A stretch of DNA of 59,496 nucleotides, the filler included, from Dimargaris cristalligena (Eukaryota), in assembly GCA_003614675.1 (NCBI GenBank). It is 2 parts of 2 records of this genome, joined end to end, with 100 filler letters (N's around TTAATTAATTAA, not from the genome) between each part and the next. Parts side by side here need not be neighbours in the genome. Positions count along the whole stretch, not along the records: positions 29,812 to 59,496 come from ML002477.1; 1 more part is not named here. One strand, given 5' to 3'. This document shows positions 50,918 through 59,496 of the stretch, in pieces. Under the pieces are notes generated by a model. It had not been told where the DNA came from. It did no database searches and worked only from the letters and a program-made list of their open reading frames with translations. The first letter of the stretch is position 1; each line of letters begins with the position of its first letter. The translations under genes and the position numbers were made by a program.

Positions 50918-53032
50918 ATGCCCACCCTCCGGCACATCGCGGAGTTTGCCTCCGAGCTGCCCGAAACCGAATCTTCCCAGGCTATCAGTGTTCTTGAGGG
51001 TCTGGGCATACGGACAGGTAGGACTGGCATGCAAAAACCGTATAGAGTTTATGTGAATTAGGCCCAGACGGGATTGCTTATCGCTCACATACACCGCGTC
51101 AGGGCCAATGTGTCGAATGAGATTCCGAGGACGGACCAAAAGTGCCGCACTTCTTTATTTCGCTTAGCTTTCCGCCGCAGCAAGCTGGCTGCCCAAGTCC
51201 AATACTAATTTTGCTAACCTGGGTTTCTACATACTGCAATGTGCATCCACCTCACTCGTAGACCATCAGTTACTATACGTGGATTGGGAGTCCCAAGTCG
51301 AGCCAGGTAGATCGGAATACCAGGTAGGCAGCCCTTTCGCCGCCTTCGCCATGCCAATTCGTAACTGGTAACCGACCTTGCTGCGGGGTAACCGTCTAAC
51401 TGGTTTATACCCCCCCTAGCTTAGTGATTGATTCATACCCCAAGTGATTCCATACGTATTTACCGGATTTGCTTCAGCCTTCCCCCTTCTGCCTATTTTA
51501 CTATTATTCCGATACCGATCCGACATAGACTATCCACCGCATGGTCGACATTTTATTCCAAAAGCTGAGCTGCGAACCCGTATCGGTCTATAATGAAATA
51601 GCCCTTGGCCAAACCGCCAAGGACGCCATCTTCCGATTCGGGCTACCTCCCCTGGATGCTCTTTTGAAGAACAGCATCTCCCCCGGCCATATTCTCGAAT
51701 TGATTGGAACCGCCGATAGCGGCCGGACCCTGCTTTTGCACTACTTGTGTGCCCATACTTTGCTTCACCAGCCCGAAACCCAAATCACTTTTGTCGATAC
51801 GGCGGGGTGGCTTTCTTCGCAATTGGTGCTGCGGTGCGCCAGAGTGTTGACATCAACCGGTAACACCGGGCTGGAAGTAAGTAGTGAGTAGATAAGGTTT
51901 TTGTAACTTCACATTTGATGTAACGCAGGTTCGGTCATTCATACAACATCATCCAGTCTTTATTTATCTTTCCATGAGGTATTCGAACTAGTGCCCGTAA
52001 AGAAGGGGTTGCATTTTATGACTCCTGGCTATTTGATGCTACACCATATTTTGATTACTGTTATTCACATTATGCGAGCCATTCTATACTCGGGCTGCTA
52101 TACTCAGATCACATCGGATGCGCTGGATCGAATCGAAAGCGTGTCTTGTGCCACCTATGGCCAACTATTGGACCTGACCCAACACTTTCGAGACCGGCTA
52201 CGTCAGATCCGACCGATGGTACCCCGGCTTTTTATTATCGACTGCCTGGCCACTCTCCTCGACAGCTGCCGACCCTCTTCCACCCAAGGCCAGGCGATCC
52301 TTAACACCACGGCGCGAGCGTTACGGTCCATCACACAGGACTATCCCTTGGCCACAGTCGTCTACACGAATGCGGCCCTGCCCCATCACGACCGTCGCAA
52401 CCGCTTCCACGCGGACATCTCTAACGCATCACCCCGGACCCAACTTGATACGCTAACCGGTACGGGCTACCGGCCCATGTTGGGCGTGAATTGGACGTAC
52501 ACGTCCGATATTTCGTTGCTATTGACCAGTGCCACCGGACCTACTACCTCCGGGCTGGGTTCGGCCTTCGGCTCTGTTAAGCGAAAATATAGATCAGATG
52601 ACGATGCTGATTCTGACCTCGATGGCAATGGTGGCACAACTAATAATAGCAGCTATAGCCATCACAATATTGGTATGCGGAATGCCCATCTATCCACCAG
52701 TTCGGTTTCCGGTAATCCATGGAAAATCATGGAGATTGTAAAATCAGTCTACAGTGTAAGTATAGCATCGCCACCCCACCCGACATTTACTTTATATATT
52801 ATTGCCGTTGTTTGAGAAACTGGCTACAGTCTCATTTTTACCATGGCAGTTTCGTGGCATTGACTACTAGTTATGAAATATGGCGTCGAATATTCTCTAC
52901 TACTTGAACTGATAGTTTGATGCAATCCACCAATTCAACTAACCCACCTATAATTGATACCAAATTAACTAGTCGTGCCACCAAGCTACGTATTTCCAAT
53001 TCCCATTGTTCGAACATGATGCGCATCAGTAA
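50918..53032 (+). CDS. RAD51 paralog, RAD51D-like; exons 50918-51017, 51262-51323, 51529-51876, 52108-52755, 52973-53032 (last exon tentative)
   Basis: GLPPLDALL...PGHILELIGTADSGRT (Walker A), ITFVDT, LFIIDCLA (Walker B), VVYTN and RPMLGVNWTY, then EIVKS. The introns are GT-AG and in phase. Confidence 0.8.
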
Positions 53033-53161
53033 TTGGAATAGGTTTATCCCTTTGAATACTGATTAAAAAAGGGCGCCTTTTTCCCATTGACCATGAAATG
53101 TAATGCCGTATTCTATGCAGTTCATTTTTTTGGTGCATTTCCGGCTTTTTATTATTAATGT

Positions 53162-53189
53162 TGGGGGGAAATTCAGCCCAACTGTATAA
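53162..53189. repeat. Isolated terminus of the 138-bp MITE family
   Basis: TGGGGGGAAATTCAGCCCAACTGTATAA resembles TGGGTGAAATTCAGCCCAGCTATATAA; no partner terminus 138 bp away. Confidence 0.5.
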
Positions 53190-56100
53190 AACTGATTTGT
53201 CATGACTATAAGAAGGGTTGGCCAGGGCTTCATTGTTTTAATCGGATAGGTCTAGCGCAATAAATGTGTTTTTTTATTGCGTAGTAGAACCGGCCTAGTC
53301 CCCTATTATAACGTTGCCATTGCTATTATCGCCTATTTCTCATGGCTTTATACTACATTAATCTAATTATCAATACTGAGCAACCTGGTTTATGATTTTA
53401 CCCCACTGACCAAACCACCCCACTCAAAAAGTAGTGTTATCTGCCGATGCATTTTACTACTTGGTGTGGGGTATAGGTTTCTAGCCCACGTGGCCTGTAT
53501 TGTCGATGCGGGGATGATAATGCAGTAGTAGTATAACACTACGCGATGAATGGAGTGATTGGTGCCTTGCCCAATCTGCCCTTATCTGCGGGGTAGATAA
53601 AATGACCTGCCAAGACCCTATTGCTAAATATTGGGTTGGTGAGTGATCCTAAGAGTTCCAAACTTACTAATATGTCTAGTTCGGTCCTGAGGAAAACCCG
53701 AGAACGTTGGTTTTAAGGATGAAAAGTTTGAATAGTCATTGTCTAAGAAACACGAAATCAATGTTGACTAGATTTGGGAACATACTCATTTCGGATTACG
53801 CCATGACACTAGTGCCGTTAATGGGCGATTGTCCTAAAGATCAACCCCCCACCCACCCTGTTGCCCCTGGAAACCCGTTCATCAAATTAATCAATACCAG
53901 CTTACTTCCCGATATAGCACAATAGATAAGGCCGGTTTACCCCAATTGCATTAATGAGCTGACTGTTAACATAAGCCAGGTTGATGAAGTGTTGAATAAT
54001 GAATCATTTGGCCATAGGCATGGGAAGGGTGGCAGCGTCGCCGTTTGGGTAAGTTGAGCACGTTGGCTTCACAGTGGTATTATCCTCTTTAAACCAATGT
54101 ACCGTTTCACTATTCACCAAGTTAGGGGCACGGTGGTTTCATCCACCTCATTCTAATCCGCCGTACTTTTACTTCATCACCGCCCCCGCCCCCCAATGGG
54201 AGCCCTACATTCATGGTGGAGGAATTCAAAATAACCTTGGTACTAACCGGGGTTTATAAGGGGTAGCTGGCGCTGGAAATGGGTATTGTTTAGTGTTTGC
54301 ATTGGGGCCATTTTACTCTTGTACTCAACGTATAAATCCACTGTATACCCCACCATTCTCTCTAAACGCGGAATATGACCTTCAGGTCCCTAAAACATAA
54401 CAGGTTCATTTAAAAGGCGGACGGTGGTCAGCCGGTTAAAGGGCGGGGCGGGGTGGGATATATAGCGCAGTCTACCGCGCCTCTTCGCAGCAAAATGCCG
54501 TTTATTTGTGGGGCCAACCCTCCCGTTTTACAGCGAATAGCTGGATTCCATTCGAGTAAGGCGTGGGTCATTTGTACTATTCCGCTATTTATATGTTATC
54601 GCGCATACTAATGAAGGTCGAACATTCTTTTTATTAGCATTAAAGTCCAATGGCATGAGACGCCGACCTTACTGGAGTTCATACATTTTTGTGCCGAGAA
54701 AGTGCACCTGCCCCCCCCCCCCCACCGACAACAACGGCCACCATAATTATAGAGGGAATTAAGAATGGGGAATAGAGTTGTACGCGAAGGGTGCGTGACC
54801 TATAGCGTTCGTTTGATTCGGCCAGCACTGGGACAACAGCCAGGGTTTGCTAATTTACAGTGCCAGTTAACTGGCTGATGGGCCTTCCGATTGTCCAGCG
54901 CTATCGCAGTCATCAATGGAGCTTTGATTGCACGTTACCGTATGAGGGCGGGGAAGAAGAGGGGAGGGGACTGCTGAGTGCATCATCTATCTGGTGGTCA
55001 TTCCGACCGAGTGACCCTTGCCTAGTGAATGGGAGGAGGTTGGAGAGGGGAGGGATGTATTGTTTATTATTATTATTATATATTACTCTATCGTATAGGG
55101 CTGGCGACCCCCTCTTCTATTGATGTGACTGATAATACTATCGAAGAGGAAACGGACGGCCCTCTGTATCACCCACTACCAACCACAGATCCGGAGCACT
55201 TTGCATAATCAATTTGATCAGACCAAATCCCTCATCATTTGCTGGAGTCCAGGGAAAATGGTCCATTATTGGCCATCGGGTCGGATCTAGTCGCGTGCTC
55301 CGCCTTTCCTCATTCGAAAATAGTATCAAACTGCTATTTCCCCTCCTATCTCTCTGCTTATCTCTTCACAGGCCAGCGTGTGTCGGTGGCCTTAAAGGGG
55401 AAGAAGCGGTGGGGGATAGCTAGTAGTTATAAGCTATACGGGCAAGGGGGTAGCAGGTTTACGCCCTCAAATTACGTGTTATCGGCGAGAAGGCTTCGCT
55501 CGGGCTGGCCAATGCCTATTGCCGCCTGCTGTATAACCGTTGGGTGTGAGCTGATCAACAAGGTTCTTTTAATCGATGGAGGGTCAGAAAAGGTGGCTGC
55601 TTATCAGCCCGGTTGACGGGCCCTGATGGCTAATCTGGGTGCAGGTTTCCTACTCCCTCTTTTTTCATTATTGGAAGCCTGCCAAACGGGGGGGCATTGT
55701 CCGTACTGCTGGCCTTTTTTCCCCTCTATCCTCCCCATCGGCCGTGCTATTTGTCGAGAGAGATCCGGTTTTACCCTTAACTCTGAGGCCATCTCGTCTG
55801 TCGAGAAACGGGTTCAGCTGTATATATAATCTGTGGGCTCCTTCCTACCCCTGTCTTTGTTTCGCCGTCATTTGGTCGCTGTGATTGATAAATATTAGTT
55901 ATCTGACCCTTCTCATCCCGTCTACTATAGTACATTGTACTAACTGATCATTTTAATTTATTTGTCTAGTTTGTATAATATTTATCCTTTGACCCTCCGT
56001 CCGGGTAGTTTGCACCAGGCTTAGCAACATCGGCTACTACTATTTCAAAACCATCGCTGTTGAATAGACCGCGCTCTAGCCCCTCCTGCTTATTTAGGTT

Positions 56101-56319
56101 CATCGAGCACTTGTTGGGCAGTAGATTACCATCAAATTCTTTCGTTTTTTGATCGATTTTTCTCCTCTACTTTTTTAACTATCTCGTCTTTCATTTTGCG
56201 GGTTACACTTGTTATTCTATTGGGAACGAGACCTACCCTCGTCTCTCACTACTACTTCCCTTTTTTATATATATCTTTTCGGCCGTTGCCAACCCCTCAA
56301 CCAAATTGCACCGCCAACT

Positions 56320-57747
56320 ATGGCCGAATCCGAAATTAATATGGCCAATACGGCTTTCCTTCTCGTGTGTACCTGTCTTGTTTTTATCATGATCCCCGGG
56401 CTCGGCTACTTTTACAGCGGCATGACCAGCAGTAAGTCAGCCCTGTCCCTGGTCTTTTTAAGTATGCTCAGTCTGGCGGTGGTTCCCCTCCAGTGGTTCA
56501 TTTGGGGTTACTCCCTAGCCCTATCGCCCACGGGAGGTCCCTTTATGGGCAACCTACACTACGCCTTCTTCATGAACGTGGACAACACCCCGCACCCGTC
56601 CGCCCCTACCGTGCCGGGTACTGTCTTCGCTATTTACCAATGCATGTTTTCGGCCATCACGCCCGCCCTGGCGCTGGGTGCCACGGCCGAACGGGTGCGG
56701 CTACGTCCGGCTTTAATCTACCTGTTCGTCTGGTCCACCCTGGTGTACGACCCGATTGCGTACTGGACCTGGGCACCTAACGGCTTCTTAAATAAGGCCG
56801 GCGTGCTCGACTACGCCGGGGGCACGCCCGTCGAAATCGCCAGCGGGTTTGCGGCGCTCGCTTACTCCATGGTCCTCGGCCGGCGGACGGGGCTAGGCGA
56901 AATCGAGTACAAACCCCACAACTACTTCAACATTATGCTGGGTACGGCTCTCCTCTGGTTGGGTTGGTTCGGATTTAACGCGGGCAGTGCTGGGGCCACG
57001 GCCCGGGCTGGCCAGGCGATCGTCATCACCCACCTGGCTGCGGCGAGCGGCGGTATGGTCTGGATGTTGCTACAGTACCGCCATGACCGCAAACTGTCGT
57101 CCTTTGGCTTCTGCTGCGGGGCGGTGGCGGGTATGGTGGCGGTGACTCCCGCCTGTGGTTTCCTGTCCTCCTGGGCGGCGGTCGTTACCGGCATCTGTGC
57201 CGGGGCCATCAGCCACATCGCGGTGGAAATCAAGGACAAATACTGGTTCGACGACGCTTTGGACGTATTCGCCGTCCACGGCGTCAGTGGTCTCGTGGGT
57301 AATATCCTAACCGGCGTGTTCGCTGACCGTAACATCGCCGCTCTCGACGGCACCACGGTGATTTTGGGCGGCTGGGTTAACGGCAACTGGAAACAAATGT
57401 TGATTCAGTTGTGGGCCTGTGCGGTGGGAGCGGCCTGGTCGTTTACGGTGACCTATCTCATTTTAGTGGTGATGAACCGCATTCCGTCCCTCCGGGTGCG
57501 CATGGATCCTGAGCAAGAGCGATTGGGATCGGATATGGCCGAGATGGGTGAATACGGCTACGAGCACATTAAGCCCCAGACCACCATGTACATGGATGAC
57601 AACAGCCAAACGTCCACAGCCGGGGAAAACTCCCGCAAGATAAGCGGTAATATCAACGATGGCCGCAATTTCGATGAAATTGCTTTCCCCATGAATACGC
57701 TCACGCGCCCCGATTTGCCCGAGCCCCCGCGGGTCCAGTCGGCTTAG
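56320..57747 (+). CDS. Ammonium transporter (Amt/Mep family, 475 aa)
   Basis: MIPGLGYFYSG, QWFIWGYSL, YQCMFSAIT, DYAGGTPVEIASG, LWLGWFGFNAGS and DDALDVFAVHG; about 11 TM segments; first in-frame ATG at 56320. Confidence 0.96.
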   Translation: MAESEINMANTAFLLVCTCLVFIMIPGLGYFYSGMTSSKSALSLVFLSMLSLAVVPLQWFIWGYSLALSPTGGPFMGNLHYAFFMNVDNTPHPSAPTVPGTVFAIYQCMFSAITPALALGATAERVRLRPALIYLFVWSTLVYDPIAYWTWAPNGFLNKAGVLDYAGGTPVEIASGFAALAYSMVLGRRTGLGEIEYKPHNYFNIMLGTALLWLGWFGFNAGSAGATARAGQAIVITHLAAASGGMVWMLLQYRHDRKLSSFGFCCGAVAGMVAVTPACGFLSSWAAVVTGICAGAISHIAVEIKDKYWFDDALDVFAVHGVSGLVGNILTGVFADRNIAALDGTTVILGGWVNGNWKQMLIQLWACAVGAAWSFTVTYLILVVMNRIPSLRVRMDPEQERLGSDMAEMGEYGYEHIKPQTTMYMDDNSQTSTAGENSRKISGNINDGRNFDEIAFPMNTLTRPDLPEPPRVQSA

Positions 57748-58323
57748 GCCAGTCACATTATACATTTTTTTAACCAGCATATCCGCAAAGGGGCCCAATT
57801 TGTTTTTTTTGGTAGTAGGGCAATAGTCTGGCTGTTGTTTCATTATTTAATCATTTAACAGTTGCGGGCGTTATAATGATATGTACTATATTATCAAAAT
57901 AAAACCCTCTCTCTCTCTCTTTATTATCCATTATTTATTGTGGAGTGGTCGAAATGGCCGAATTAATAGCAATCAGCGGACCCGAAGGATCAGTAACCGA
58001 GTCCGCGGTCTACTTGCTGCTGGGTTAGGAAGAGGTTGCTTGTTGGTTGATGGGGTGCCTCACTGTCGCGCTCATATAACAGACTTCACTGTACCGTGCG
58101 TAACGGAATAGCGTTGTCATATGCATAATAAGTTCGTTTGCCCTGGACTTCTCTCACCTGCCAATTTGTATACAAAGCACTTCTACTCATATTGGTTGGT
58201 ACCCTTTTGTTTTATTTTACTTTGACATCTTTTCCTACGCTTCGTTCTTTTCAATTTTATATTTGTTCATACACACACCCTCTCTCATTCTCTGTATTCC
58301 CCCACATCCCTAGTCGCATTACC

Positions 58324-59252
58324 ATGGCCTCTCAAAACACCCCCTCTGACGTCGCCCCGACCCAATTCACCATTCCCACCGAGGCCGTTGGCCAAGAGGA
58401 GGAGACCTGGGTTGAAGTCCGTGGCCATCCCATATTCACTCGGCATTTCAAGGTAAGAGAACCTTCAAGGATGGGTCGACCCAGGCTGTCAATAGCACTA
58501 GCCTCCCTCCACTCAGTGGACAGTCCTACTCAGCACTTCTCGGAATACCTAATGCCCTCTAACCTCATATACCCCCACAACCAATTCCCCTTCCTGTGTG
58601 CACCCCCCTGACCCGTCTCCCATTTACCCTGCCGACCAGCCCGCCCAACTCCCCCCCCGAGCCACTCTAGTGCTAGTGCACGGTTTTGGCGAACACTGCA
58701 GCCGCTACCTTCACGTATGCCGCGCCTTTGCCGCCCATGGCATCGAGGTCCTTACCTACGACCAGCGTGGCTTCGGCCGCACGGGACGCAAGACCGGTCC
58801 CCTCGGCCACACCTACGGCATCAAAGAGCTACATCGTGACGTAGCCCACTTCTCCCGCCAAGTGTACCAACCGGGCGTGCCCCATTTCTTATTCGGACAC
58901 TCCATGGGTGGTTTAGTGGTGCTATCCTACCTGGTCCAATACTACCCCAAGCACCTGCCGGTGGCATCCACGAATACGACCGACCCGAGTACTCCCGCAC
59001 CCAAAGCTCAGCCGGCCGAGGAGCCATCGGTACCCCTCGCGGGGGTAATTGGCTCCGGTCCGTGCCTCCAATTGGCCCCCGAATCCCGCCAAAACTTCTT
59101 GATGGAAAATCTGGCCATTATGTTGGGCAAGGTGTTCAAATCTGTGGCAATTAAAACGGCGTTATCCCTCGATGATTTGTGCCGGGATAAATCGGTCATT
59201 GACGCTATTCACGACGATTACTATTATTTTGGGATTGGGTCGATGCAATGCA
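58324..59252 (+). CDS. Alpha/beta hydrolase, monoglyceride lipase/lysophospholipase (Yju3-like), 3'-partial; exons 58324-58452, 58640-59252
   Basis: LVLVHGFGEHCSRY, YDQRGFGRT and the nucleophile motif FLFGHSMGG. A donor GTAAGT follows at 59253, so the gene continues past the window. Confidence 0.88.
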
Positions 59253-59496
59253 GTAAGTAGAAGAAAAACCAATTTTGCGTGAATGGCTGAACTTTGCTAT
59301 TTCCGAGAATATGCAGTCGAGTACACTACTTGACTAGTGGTGATTCAGGCTTACGCTCCAGTTCAGCATATTTGACCTAACGGCCACCATGCCTACTTCA
59401 TAGGACTTCTAACGCACCGTCTATTCATTGGTTTTTGTATACCCCCCCCCCCCCCATCGTCGACTTGCGTAACCCTCCGCCCAAAACCTATTCCTG

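Noticed and set aside
1..59496. CRISPR arrays, rRNA, operons or intact transposase/reverse-transcriptase ORFs
   Set aside because: None seen; the sequence is intron-containing eukaryotic DNA and only non-autonomous element remnants were found.

Overview
Eukaryotic fungal DNA with GT-AG introns of roughly 170-330 nt and GC-rich exons. The gene content (a RING + tandem-BRCT BRCA1/BARD1-like gene and a RAD51D-like gene) suggests an early-diverging fungus; a Zoopagomycota or Dimargaritales-like mycoparasite is my unverified guess. An artificial 100-bp linker (N44-TTAATTAATTAA-N44, 29712-29811) joins two contigs, so adjacency across it is unproven. Left contig: SRP19/SEC65, an unusual signal-peptide + F-box gene, an mS26/PET123-like gene, TIM10, GDA1, a DBF2/Sid2-type kinase, TIM23, a GPI-anchored Cys-rich protein and GPN2. 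It also holds two inverted, decayed copies of a small secreted-protein locus, one interrupted by a solo LTR and the other carrying a MITE. Right contig: a CpG-depleted relic block, the BRCA1/BARD1-like gene, two GlpF-type aquaglyceroporins, the RAD51D-like gene, an Amt/Mep transporter and a partial monoglyceride lipase. A 138-bp MITE family has four full copies. The top candidate for a new system is the putatively secreted F-box protein, a possible SCF-hijacking effector. All exon models were derived by hand from splice signals and reading frame; no database search was run.
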